Below are positions 11,957 through 24,996 of a stretch of DNA of 64,000 nt, piece by piece. The translations under genes were made by a program, and so were the position numbers. Source of the stretch: Haliotis rufescens. Lineage: Eukaryota. Below the pieces are notes generated by a model. That model had not been told where the DNA came from. It was given only the letters and a program-made list of their open reading frames with translations, and ran no database searches. The number at the start of each line of letters is the position of its first letter. Within the stretch, counting starts at the first letter, position 1. The stretch lies in NCBI RefSeq assembly GCF_023055435.1, contig NW_025963846.1:8494001-8558000 (forward strand). Direction: 5' to 3'.

Positions 11957-12425
11957 GGTATGAATACCTCAGTAACATTGTTTCATATGACAAAGAAACA
12001 GGTATAAATACCTCTGTGGCATTGTCTCATAGGACAAAAAAACATGTATAAATCCCTCGGTAGTAGTGTCTAACATGACAAAGACACTGGTATGAATACC
12101 TCGGTAGTAGTGTCTAACATGACAAAGACACAGGTATGAATACCTCGGTAGTAGTGTCTAACATGACAAAGACACAGGTGTGAATACCTCGGTAGTAGTG
12201 TCTAACATGACAAAGACACAGGTGTGAATACCTCGGTAAAAGTGTCTAACACGACAAAGACACAGGTGTGAATACCTCGGTAGCATTGTTTCATGTGACA
12301 AAGACACAGGTTTTCGTACCTCGGTAGCATTTTCACTTGTGACCAAGACACAGGTATGAATACTAGTACCGCATTAGCGTTGTCTCATATAACAAAGCCA
12401 CAGGAAATATATACCCCGGTAGCAA
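11957..12425 (+). repeat. 44-bp minisatellite, about 10 units
   Basis: Unit TAGTAGTGTCTAACATGACAAAGACACAGGTATGAATACCTCGG, period 44 (12061 to 12105). Degenerate at both edges. Confidence 0.9.
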
Positions 12426-13771
12426 TTTCTTATACCATGATATGTTACAACATACCTTATCTTTTGCCCTACCTTCTGACGGTAAAGTGCACAACTCTTT
12501 TGCTTCTGGCTCTTGATGCAACACATCACATACGGCCCAGACACCTATGTTTTATGTGAGATCTATTGTGTCTTAACGATTTGTGTGTGAGAGAATTATG
12601 TGTCCCAGACATGTCCAACACATCAACTGGCATCGTTTGGGGAAAGTAGGGTCTAGGTTTACACCGATCGACGGGTAAAGACGTTGCAGTTCCGTTTCCT
12701 TTTAATTGTTTTTTTATCCCTTGGAATTAGAATCGCTGTGAAAAGTAAATTCCCAGTTGTCATGTATGTGGAAAGAAATCCAAGCACTCTCAAGAACAGG
12801 AAAGAACAACACTAAATGGGGATAAATAAGAATCGATGTTCTTGGTAAACATGCACACTGTACCCTCAGGGGCACGCTACCTTGTGCACCAGTAAACGTC
12901 AAGACAATTTATCAAATGGATCATACAAAATGATTTAAAATCAGTTAAACTAAACGACGATTTACATAAACTAAAATTAAAAGTCAATCAAGCTAGGAAA
13001 CAGCGTGTGTTTGTGAGCTTTTTAAGCCTAAATAAAGACGTCATTCTGTGTTTAATGTCGATGTAGGAAGTGCATCAAAAAGAAATGTGCATGTTTAATT
13101 CCTGCAACTAGCGTCCCGATAGCGATGCCAATATAAGCTTCACAAATATCATGGCATTACATAACATTTGCCGAACATCCAGTTTGTCCGCATAATATTG
13201 AACTGCAAGGCAAATACCCATTTTAACGTTCATGTTCAAAACCGTGCCTCACAATGAACAAATTAGTATTTAGTTTCCCTTGCTTAGGATTAGAACCTGA
13301 ATCAAAGATAACCAGATTATGAAAATTGTCTGTATTCTGTTTCTTTTGAGTCAAAGGGTATACATAACCCCTCAGGGTAAAGTAAAAATACCGTTATCTT
13401 TTCACTGTTTAAGGCTATGATCGTTGTTTACACCGTTGCCTTAAGATTAAATGACACATCGACAGTATTGAATTTAGAACGTCAAGGCCAGAGTATAACC
13501 AGTCTCGATTATCCGCCGAGACATAACGATCTAGACTTGCACAAGTCTCTAAGTCATAATTATAAGTTTAACTCACAAGTTCTGCTTAATGTTAATAACA
13601 AGAACAAGTTGTCCCCATAAGAGACTGGAGTATTGTACTGTTCACATATCTAGACTTACCTATTAGGAGGACAGAACAACAACACATCCATGGACTTTTC
13701 TTTCAGTACAGCCTTGGAGCAAGGCTAATAACGATCCAATCCGGTCCATGATGTTCTGTGCATTAGTGACG

Positions 13772-13910
13772 ATATTTGATTGAAGACAAACATATAGGCA
13801 TTATACAATATTTGGTTGAAGACAAATATTTCGGCATCATACAATATTTGGTTAAAGACAAATATTTCGGCATCATACAATATTTGGTTGAACATTTAGA
13901 CATCATACAA
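13772..13910 (+). repeat. 36-bp tandem repeat, about 4 units
   Basis: Unit CAATATTTGGTTGAAGACAAATATTTCGGCATCATA, period 36. Confidence 0.85.
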
Positions 13911-14479
13911 AAAATATTCTCTCAGAGGTGGAGCTAAATATTATAACATTATAATTTAACACATTTTTTCAACGAACATTTTGTGTAACATCTGAGGCAG
14001 GTTTTTAAGTATATCCTGGAACAAATAATTGTGTTAAAAAGGAAATCCTGGGCCACCTCAAAACACAAATGCTTGGCCTGTAAGGATTTTGTAAGTCAGA
14101 TATTCAGGACGACAGAACCCCAGATGTAACTAATGAAATATGTGGACTATCCAGCCTGGTACTTGTAACCTGTACTTGCGACACACAGTCCTCCCTCGCT
14201 TCCCTCTACCTTCTTGGCGTAACGACGCAAGACAAACAGAATCATAATGCTTGACATTTGACTGACCGGAGACAGTGTCCGGTACAGCGGGCACTGTCTG
14301 TACAACACAATGGACATATGTGTACCAAGTATCGATTGAGATTATTTACAGCCGATGTCTACAGTATTCACATTTCAGCATGTCACGTGGGAGGCACGAG
14401 ATGGGATAGTACACTAGTGATAAAACAATATATTTTACCGTTATTACAATTGTATTTAAAGTTTCACAAAATCGGTGGT

Positions 14480-14580
14480 AGAAAAGCATGACCCTTGCTC
14501 AAAAGTTGCTTGATCAAGGTTACAACATTCAATACCTTGGCAGAGTTGTCAAAAGGCTTAATGGTAGACATGTGGATGAC
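14480..14580 (+). pseudogene. Fragment resembling the C-terminal region of a Penelope-like reverse transcriptase
   Basis: Peptide LAQKLLDQGYNIQYLGRVVKRLNGRH resembles the LxxKLLxQGY/F...LxxxxxKFYGRH motif that I recall from invertebrate Penelope-like RTs. Confidence 0.45.
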
Positions 14581-15577
14581 AGTTCATCAAGAAGAGACTT
14601 CTTTAGATTAGGTCTGTTTTATCTACACTTAAACAGATATATGATTTTGATATATGTCATACATAGATCACTGACTGTTAATAATGTTAATGTAATCATA
14701 TTTGCACGTGCCACTCATATATCGTTTATCTTGGACACGTATTCTCTCAAACAAATCAACAAACAAACTACTCGAAAAAACTAAGAACAAGAATGTTTGC
14801 GCCTTTCGAAATTGTTTCAAGGACATATTTTCCTGCTATATATACAAAGCCCTGTGAACACCATTCACGATATGTTTTGTGTATTTTTGAAATGTTCCAC
14901 CTATCCGACTTCATTTCCCACAATGCTTTTTTTTAAGTTACATAAACAATAAAGTTATTCCTTTATATACATATAATTCACACATAGAACCCAAAGCTTA
15001 GTCAAGTAAATTCAAATCTGATCTCTGCAACCACTGGCTTACGGCCACATGTTTTGATGACGTCACGGAAAAGTGTATACTTCCAACAAATATTGACCCA
15101 TGGGGTTAAAATGCTATAGGTTACTTGAAGAGATTCTTGTAGAGAGGCAATGTTTTTATGCCCACGAGTCCGCCTAGCCCATGTTACCTGGATAAGTTCT
15201 ACAAAGTAAAGTTCTTTGCATGTGTTGCCAAAATTAGCGAGATAGTTCCAAAGTGGGACTAAAGTCTACTTCCAGGGTGTCAATAGCTCCCTACAGGACA
15301 TAAAGCATTGACACCTGCCAAAACCTTCTCCTTTCCGGTAAACCGTTACAATCTTTAAGTTGGCGATGCCAGCCTTTTTTTTAAAAATACAAAAAAATAA
15401 ATTCGTTTATTTCCTAAGGACTAAAAACAAGTCTCACCTAAATGATTGTGAATTTTGGTATTTCTGAACTCTTTGTTTAGATTAGGTATTACAATAGAGC
15501 GTCGTGTATTTTTTTTTTACCCATTGTCGTTTCTTTGTGAAAGAAATGGGTTTACAAAATTAAATTCATGCAGGTAT

Positions 15578-15742
15578 AAAGTGAAACCTCGTAAGTCTGG
15601 ACCCTGTTAATCCAGAAATCGCATCTTTGGGAAAAATAATGTTTGAACGTCTTTGTATAGCTAAAGGGACAATACTACTTAAAAGTTCGTTAATCCGGAC
15701 GATGTCACTAGTAAGGTAAGTCTGGATTAACGAGGTTCGTTT
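15578..15742. mobile_element. Degenerate pogo-like MITE
   Basis: Imperfect inverted ends gtgaaacctcgt...tctggattaacgaggtt with internal gttaatcc(a/g)ga repeats. Confidence 0.45.
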
Positions 15743-17239
15743 TATTCACTACAAGATGCTCTATGGTCGTTTCTAAGACAATAGTACATTATCACATAAT
15801 ACTTCAAACGAATGTAACCATTTCACAACAGACTTTTCATAAAATATACACACTTAGACAAAGACAAATTTACACAGTTTATGCGAGGCCACACCAAATG
15901 AAAACACGTTCTATGCAAGCTCACCTAAGTGAGAATACGACAAGCAATATTTTGTTGTGTTAAAGTTGACATGACAATATTAATTGCTTTTCATGACCAA
16001 AACAACGTCAAAGATTGAGATAGTATTTTATCACATTTTAGGTACATGATTCATTTTTTGGTCGAATGTGCATCGTTTACTTGGTATATAAATGTATTGT
16101 GAGCCGTTGTCAAATTAAGTAATTCGGTAAGCTAAGAGTAGTCATTTGCTCCTGAAAAAATCTCTATATCCCTAAACGTTCACAGATATACCCACTTCCT
16201 CTTCTCGGGCCTGTCCCATTGTTATAAATGATAGGGCAAATCTGGCTTCCCTATCAAATTGTTGTTGTCCTTGATACACCGTGTTCCTGATATGGTTGAA
16301 CAAATTCATGTACTTATTAATACATTCATTTTCAAAGAAGCGTTTATATTAAACCTTTTACGTTTTTTAAATGCTTGATTCAATCATTTGAAATTATAAA
16401 GCTTATGCCTATCCAATCTTGTTAAGTCACTTCGCAACGGTCACCTTTGTGGGTGAAAGATGATAACAAATAGCATATATTTAAACAAACAGCCCAACAC
16501 AAACCAGCTGTGGTAAATTTAATAAATTATAAAATACTTTAACCGCTCAGTTGACATAAATTTTGTTAGTCACCCAGACAGACGAACTTGGTTCTTTGAA
16601 ATTTGTCAATATGTGTCAATGTCATAGAGATACTCATTACCACGGTCAAGGCGTGGATGGGCGTCTTGATTTCCTATCAACAACATTGTTGGAATACATG
16701 ACGCTAACCTTCTGTCCTTCGCATCGAAACCGATATTATCATTGGCCACACGAAGCACACATATCGCCAAAAGTCAGATTAAGATGAGATACGTTTTTAG
16801 TCGACACTCCCTGACATGGAGTCCTAACACTGACACTAGTGCAAGCGTAAACAAGAAAATCTTCCTAAATAACGCGTATCCATTGTAAGGAGCCTGGCAC
16901 CTGCGTGTGTTGTTTGTGATTTGTTCTGACCATGAAGTGACACCTCCCTGATTCCGCATTATTGACATGGGAGGGGTCTGGTCAGCCGCCCTTTGGTCTC
17001 TGAGCAGTTTAGTCCTGGGGTTTAGCACCTGGACACTTTCTTGACCTTGGGAACACACTCAGGATGAAACAGGAACAGAATGTTTCCCAAGAAGATGTGG
17101 AACTTCAGAACTTCACTTGACAAGTATTATGAATAAACCGCTTGATTTCTTTCAGTACTGCCGCACGAAGCTAATGTAAATATAGCAGCTAACGGACAAC
17201 TGCTGCGGGGCTTTTATACAGAGTTATTGTTACTCTGAA

Positions 17240-17326
17240 GGCCAAAGTCCCATGGTATTTAGAAAATAGGCCAAAATTCTATGATATTTAGAAAATAGGC
17301 CAAAATCCTATGATATTTAGAAAATA
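17240..17326 (+). repeat. 29-bp tandem repeat, about 3 units
   Basis: tttagaaaat recurs at 17258, 17287 and 17316. Confidence 0.85.
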
Positions 17327-17842
17327 CATGTCGGGCAATTTTGTAAAAATAACAAACAAACTAGTTTAAATTTGAAGCTTTGGGTGTAAACATATTTTAA
17401 TAGGACACTCGTGTAGATGATGCCATTGGTGATGATTAATTCAGAACCATTCTTTGGTTTTCCGAAAAAGTGAATAGTCTTTTGTCACATATGATAGAAA
17501 TAATATATGATACACAATATTGGCAATTCTTCTCGTTTACAGCTGGTGTCATATGTGTCTTTGAACATTCGTATGCAAATTGGAATATCTAAATAAAAGC
17601 GGCAAAACCCTTTTCACAAGTCATCAGAAATCTCATCCAAAAGCAGAGTCGATTGAACGATTCCGGCTATATCATGAACGTGTGTTTATGAATCCATATA
17701 TAATAGTGATGATTCCAGGTGTTTGCAAAATGTGAAATATGTGACACCAGGTGTTCAAATAGTGATGATACCAGCGCTTCCCTTTCCCATCATTTAATGA
17801 AAGAACATTTCGGATTAACTATGACATTCCTCATCAGGTCAA

Positions 17843-18160
17843 TGTTTGTTTGTTTATTTGTTTTATTCAGCAATATACCAGCTATATGACTGCGGCCTGT
17901 AAATAATCGAGTCTTGACGCCGCCGTTCGCTGTGCAGACTTACGACCCTTGGGTAGACCAGAAACCTGTGATTGTGGGTCCTGGTTCGAGCCGATTATGT
18001 TTCCAGGTTCGTCAGCACCATATCCGTGCTCGTGGGTTTCACCAAGGTGGTAAACGTTTGAGACCTGCATCACTTCGGGCTTTCCTCCCACATTAAGCTG
18101 ACACGCCATGCTATAACTGGAATAGCCATGTTAAACCCCACTCACTGACCAACTCACTCA
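17843..18160. mobile_element. Family D tail fragment (minus strand) joined to a 5'-truncated SINE B (plus strand)
   Basis: 17843-17914 matches the D tail. 17911-18160 matches the B body and its (ACTC)n tail. Confidence 0.75.
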
Positions 18161-18312
18161 CACATGCATAACAGAGGAAGAATGTTGGAAATGATCGTCA
18201 TGAAATTATCTGTACCGAGGTTGAAGAGTGAGTAGTTTACAGCTATAAAGCACTATTGGAGCACATCAGGGCTGGTTGCAGAGTTTGTTTCATTGTGGAG
18301 AATTAAATTGAT

Positions 18313-18471
18313 GAGTGATTGAGTGAGTATGTTTTCACGCCGCTCTCAGCAATATTCCAGGAATATCACGGCGGGGGACGCCAGAAATGTGCCTCAACCA
18401 TATGGGGAATCGAACCCGGGTCTTCGACGTGACGAGCGAACGCTTTAACTACTAGGCTACCCGACCGGCCC
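18313..18471 (-). mobile_element. SINE family A
   Basis: Reverse complement of the family A consensus with a small internal deletion. Confidence 0.85.
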
Positions 18472-18682
18472 TGGCCTGATGATCTCATGCGAACGCTATT
18501 ACCAGAGGGCTAACCCATTATCAGAAGGATCAAGCAACAACTTCAAGATGACCTGTTCACGTGCGTCGGCTCTCCAGCCAATATGATCGGAGACAAGGAT
18601 CTTCTCTTTTCAGAGGCGATGTCCTTACCCATAAAGCGTTGTCCCTAAGATGGAATATATCGTTTGTAGATATTTGTGTATA

Positions 18683-19106
18683 TATAGAGAATCTCACCCG
18701 AGTGTCTTTTGATACCAAATACATCAACACGAGTTGATAAAAGTGGAAAATTTCCGAGGCTTGCCGAGGATTTTTGCCACTTTTATCAACGAGTGTTGAT
18801 ATATTTGATGTCAAAAGACACGAGGGTGAGATTTTATTTATCATCCAACATCATTCTTCCAACTTTTTCAATTTGTAGACAGTAATTAGCAGTGTCTTCA
18901 GTGTAAAAAGTACTGCTAACAGCTTCAGTAGCAGAGCTATTAGTTATGTCATTTGATTGTGACGTCATGGTAACCAGTGATGTCACAATGGTCTGCAAAG
19001 CATTGTGATGTAATTTCATTGCAGCGATATCTACAGTGTAGATATCGCTTGATCTCATCCAAGCGATATCTCCTGTGGGAGCCAGTTTTGGATGATAATT
19101 AAATAT
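18683..19106. mobile_element. Non-autonomous hairpin element, Crypton-like architecture
   Basis: 57-bp inverted arms (18690-18746 / 18777-18833) plus a second inverted pair ttatcatccaa (18838-18848) / ttggatgataa (19088-19098). Confidence 0.55.
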
Positions 19107-19200
19107 AAGTACCTGTTAAACCTTATGATGTTATATTTGACATAATAAGTGTATTACAGGGTGTGTAGTCCTGGACAACCATTTTGTGAGCAGGGTTTTA

Positions 19201-19291
19201 CACCAGAAAAGTGCTTCATACACTGATGAATCGATCCCAAGGATTCGGCGTGACGAGCTACCGCTTTAACTACTAAGCTACCCCACCGCTC
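19201..19291 (-). mobile_element. SINE family A, old partial copy
   Basis: ttcggcgtgacgagc...gctttaactactaagctacc. Confidence 0.7.
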
Positions 19292-19324
19292 TTACATTCT
19301 TGTAAAAGTTCAAATCAACTATGA

Positions 19325-19493
19325 GGGGGCGGTCGGGTAGCCTAGTGGTTAAAGCGTTCGCTCGTCACGCCGAAGACCCGGGTTAGATTCCCGACATGGG
19401 TACAATGTGTGAAGCCCATTTCTGGTGTCCCCCGCCGTGATATTGCTGGAATATTGCTAAAAGCGGCGTAAAGCCATACTCACTCACTCACTC
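19325..19493 (+). mobile_element. SINE family A reference copy (tRNA-Asp-like head)
   Basis: A box TAGCCTAGTGG, GTCAC anticodon-like loop, B-box-like GGTTAGATTCC, (ACTC)n tail. 15-bp TSD tcaaatca(ac/gt)tatga at 19310-19324 and 19492-19506. Confidence 0.9.
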
Positions 19494-21314
19494 AAATCAG
19501 TTATGATATTATTCGCACAAGACACTGACATAAAACAGGACCCACAATAGTGGCACTTCTCCATAGCCGGCGACAACAACGCACTTTACACCATGTACTG
19601 TGTGGTGGCAACGCACTTTACACCACGTACTGTGTGGTCGCAACGCTTTTTCGAACCGTGTCCAGGTCCAGTGCACTTCAAGAGGAGTACACACTGGTAT
19701 GTCCACACAAGCCGATGGTCAGTATCTCAGATCCCCGTCGCCCTTAACAACTGTTAGATTATTTAACCTCAGACCAAAATCTTGGTCAAGCATCGACCAG
19801 CCTCACTGACCACCGCACAGACGCGTTTCATGTTGATTTTCTTTTCCCAGGCTTAACGCGAGGCTAATCCTGCCCTTGACATAGAGAATGGGAATTTCTG
19901 TTACAAATGAAAATATGTAATTTGGATTACGAACAGATTGTCAAATATGTTAGGAGATGCGACTTTATCGAGGTCACAATGACATTGATTTAATTGATTA
20001 GCTTGTAACACGATTTACTTGGGCTTCTGGGGTGTTACGTTATGTGGGCCACATTTAAGGCATCCCGCCAATTACGGCACTATAATGCACTTATGATTCC
20101 AACCCAATCTGTTTCATGATGAGCAGCATATTAACCACCATCCCACCCAGTTACCGTGAAGGTTGCACCCAAAATATAGACATTGATTTAATGCCATTCC
20201 TCAGCCAGAGGTTGTGTCAATTTGAATAGTACATGAGATCCAAAATGTGTTAGATTCAGAAACATGTAACATTTTGATTTGTTCATTCCAGTGAATATCA
20301 TTGGAATGTCCTTTAGAATTTTGCTTCCTGGCCATACTAGCATAAAGATTTATTGACCTTAAATAGTTTATTTCTAACGTATTTCTTCTTCATTAAGGGT
20401 GCAAAGAATAACAGTACCAATGAAGGTTTAGAAATAAATACCCAATTTGATAGTGAATCATAAACACATGCTTATGATACTGTCGGAACCGGTCAATGGA
20501 CTTTTAGCAGAGACTTTTTATGATTATGGAAAGAAATCTGTTACCTCTATTTATTTTCTATTCAGTTTTTGGCATACATATAGTTTTTTATACATATGAA
20601 TTCACTGGTAACCACCAGCAGACATTACATGCGCCATAGTAAATCTGTCCATCAGACCAAACCGATTCTTTGAGCTCCATTTTAAGCTACTGTAAACAAT
20701 TGGATCAGGCCCAGAAAACGTAGTGTACATCTGCTTGACTTACATCCCTAAATCTTGCTCAAACACACGTGTGGCGGCGTATTGAGTCCACTGTCACTCT
20801 CTATGAGAGCTATGTTGAGTAGGCGAAGCTTTTGACTGGAGCATACCCTAAGCAGGAGTAGTGGCATTGGCTACAGATCACATCCCGGACCTAAATGGAT
20901 AAATAAATTCAGGTTGCTTGCCCTTTCATACCTACAGGGTTAGGGAGGCGTCCAGCGCTCTGAACACGCCACACGCTTTCTTGTTGATGACAGAAAATGG
21001 TATCGATAATCTATTACTGAAGTTTTAGAATTGTATACCCAAGCACCGAAGCAAAACACTTAGCTATGCATTCAAAAGCCACCTGGAAAGACGGAAACAC
21101 TGACTTGAATATTTGATCGTTGTTTAGAGGAAATGTCTTGCAGTATAAGCCTTTTTGTCTTGCAAGGTATTCAGTGCAAGATATTTTGTATTGAAGGCGT
21201 CGTTGTCTTAACCTGCAGTAAGCGGACGATATCTATGTAATTGTTACTGACAATTCAATCCTGATCGAATATTACAATGCACCACACGTCCACAGGCTAC
21301 CTTTTATAAACTAA

Positions 21315-24300
21315 TTGCACTCCACAGATTCATTCATTGCACTCAACATATACATTCATTGTACTCCACAGATACATTCATTGTACTCCACAGATACATT
21401 CATTGTACTCCACAGATACATTCATTGTACTCCACAGATACATTCATTGTACTCCACAGATACATTCATTGTACTCCGTATATACATTCATTGTACTCCA
21501 CAGATACATTCATTGTACTCCACAGATACATTCATTGTACTCCACAGATACATTCATTGCACTCAACATATACATTCATTGTACTCCACAGATACATTCA
21601 TTGTACTCCACAGATACATTCATTGTACTCAACATATACATTCATTGCACTCAACATATACATTCATTGTACTCAACATATACATTCATTGCACTCAACA
21701 TATACATTCATTGTACTCCACAGATACATTCATTGTACTCCACAGATACATTCATTGCACTCAACATATACATTCATTGTACTCAACATATACATTCATT
21801 GTACTCCACAGATACATTCATTGCACTCAACAGATACATTCATTGCACTCAACATATACATTCATTGTACTCCACAGACACATTCATTGTACTCCACAGA
21901 TACATTCATTGCACTCAACATATACATTCATTGTACTCCACAGATACATTCATTGTACTCAACATATACATTCATTGTACTCAACATATACATTCATTGT
22001 ACTCCACAGATACATTCATTGTACTCCACAGATACATTCATTGTACTCCACAGACACATTCATTGTACTCCACAGATACATTCATTGTACTTAACATATA
22101 CATTCATTGTACTCCACAGACACATTCATTGTACTTAACATATACATTCATTGTACTCCACAGATACATTCATTGTACTCCACAGACACATTCATTGTAC
22201 TTAACATATACATTCATTGTACTCCACAGATACATTCATTGTACTCCACAGACACATTCATTGCACTCAACATATACATACATTCATTGCACTCAACATA
22301 TACATTCATTGCACTCAACATGTACATTCATTGTACTCCACAGACACATTCATTGTACTCCACAGATACATTCATTGTACTCCACAGATACATTCATTGT
22401 ACTCCACAGACACATTCATTGTACTCAACATATACATTCATTGCACTCAACATATACATTCATTGTACTCCACAGACACATTCATTGCACTCAACATATA
22501 CATTCATTGCACTCAACATATACATTCATTGCACTCAACATATACATTCATTGTACTCCACAGACACATTCATTGTACTCCACAGACACATTCATTGTAC
22601 TCAAAATATACATTCATTGCACTCAACATATACATTCATTGTACTCCACAGATACATTCATTGTACTTAACATATACATTCATTGTACTCCACAGATACA
22701 TTCATTGTACTCCACAGACACATTCATTGCACTCAACATATACATTCATTGTACTCCACAGATACATTCATTGTACTCCACAGACACATTCATTGCACTC
22801 AACATATACATTCATTGCACTCAACATATACATTCATTGTACTCCACAGATACATTCATTGTACTCCACAGACACATTCATTGCACTCAACATATACATT
22901 CATTGCACTCAACATATACATTCATTGCACTCCACAGATACATTCATTGCACTCAACATATACATTCATTGTACTCCACAGATACATTCATTGTACTCCA
23001 CAGATACATTCATTGCACTCAACATATACATTCATTGCACTCAACATATACATTCATTGTACTCCACAGATACATTCATTGTACTCCACAGATACATTCA
23101 TTGCACTCAACATATACATTCATTGTACTCCACAGATACATTCATTGCACTCAACATATACATTCATTGTACTCCACAGATACATTCATTGCACTCAACA
23201 TATACATTCATTGTACTCCACAGATACATTCATTGCACACAATATATACATTCATTGTACTCCACAGATGCATTCATTGCACTCAACATATACATTTATT
23301 GTACTCCACAGATACATTCATTGCACTCAACATATACATTCATTGTACTCCACAGATACATTCATTGCACTCAACATATACATTCATTGTACTCCACAGA
23401 TACATTCATTGCACTCAACATATACATTCATTGTACTCCACAGATACATTCATTGCACTCAACATATACATTCATTGTACTCCAAAGATACATTCATTGC
23501 ACTCAACATATACATTCATTGTACTCCACAGACACATTCATTGCACTCAACATATACATTCATTGTACTCCACAGATACATTCATTGCACTCAACATATA
23601 CATTCATTGTACTCCACAGATACAGTCATTGCACTCAACATATACATTCATTGTACTCCACAGATACATTCATTGCACTCAACATATACATTCATTGCAC
23701 TCAACATATACATTCATTGTACTCCACAGATACATTCATTGCACTCAACATATACATTCATTGTACTCCACAGATGCATTCATTGTACTCAACATATACA
23801 TTCATTGTACTCCACAGATACATTCATTGCACTCAACATATACATTCATTGTACTCCAAAGATACATTCATTGCACTCAACATATACATTCATTGTACTC
23901 CACAGATACATTCATTGCACTCAACATATACATTCATTGTACTCCACAGATACATTCATTGCACACAACATATACATTCATTGTACTCCACAGATACATT
24001 CATTGCACTCAACATATACATTCATTGTACTCCACAGATACATTCATTGTACTCCAAAGATACATTCATTGTACTCCGTATATACATTCATTGCACTCAA
24101 CGTATACATTCATTGTACTCCACAGATACATTCATTGCACTCAACATATACATTCATTGTACTCCGTATATACATTCATTGCACACAACATATACATTCA
24201 TTGCACACAACATATACATTCATTGCACACAACATATACATTCATTGTACTCCACAGATACATTCATTGCACTCAACAGATGCATTCATTGTACTCCACA

Positions 24301-24488
24301 GATACATTCATTGTACTCCACAGATACATTCATTGCACTCAACATATACATTCATTGTACTCCACAGATACATTCATTGTACTCCACAGATACATTCATT
24401 GCACACAATATATACATTAATTGTAATTCGCATATGCACTCATTGCACACAACAAATACATTCATTGTACTCCGTATATACATTCATA
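21315..24488 (+). repeat. 22-bp minisatellite array, about 143 units, with two interspersed variants
   Basis: Units TTGTACTCCACAGATACATTCA and TTGCACTCAACATATACATTCA. One 4-bp insertion near 22275. Confidence 0.98.
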
Positions 24489-24996
24489 GTTTGTACTTAT
24501 TACACCCTTGGCAGTCACAATCACAGTCGGACATTGGTCACTCGAGGCGTGTTGCCCTGAGCACAACTCAGATTGAGAAAATGAAAAAACCCATCTTCGA
24601 TACAAAGTGTTATATATCTGCAAGTAATAAACTGGAGTGTACGAACATAATATTTAAAAAGCTGGCCATGATATTGCTGAAACATAAATGAAGGATTAAA
24701 ATGAAGGATATTCTATACGTCACAGATGTGTATTGCAAAATACGTCAACGCTTCAGGGGTATTCAGATACAAGTACCTGGTCAACCAAAATGGAAACAAG
24801 AGTGAGTGGTTGTCTTTTCTCACTCATTTTAGCAGCATGCCAGAAATATCATGACGGGGGACACCAGATATGCGCTCCACCTTTTCGCGAACACCTGGTA
24901 GCATCACTATTTGACATAGATTCATAAACACATACTCATGATATAGTCGGAATCTTATGATGAACTCTGCTTTTGTCAGGGATGTCTTGTGAATAT

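Noticed and set aside
19325-19400. Functional tRNA genes in the SINE A, B and E heads
   Set aside because: No proper acceptor stem or pol III terminator. They continue into SINE bodies with TSDs.
21305-21310. TATAAA just before the 22-bp array
   Set aside because: Common in AT-rich DNA, with no supporting initiator or ATG.
21315-24488. CRISPR-like array
   Set aside because: The units are contiguous with no unique spacers, there are no cas genes and the context is eukaryotic.
21315-24691. Very long His/Thr/Ile-rich ORFs (up to 1027 aa) in all three plus frames
   Set aside because: They follow automatically from a stop-free 22-bp unit. They start at TTG, lack a signal peptide or splice context, and overlap in every frame.
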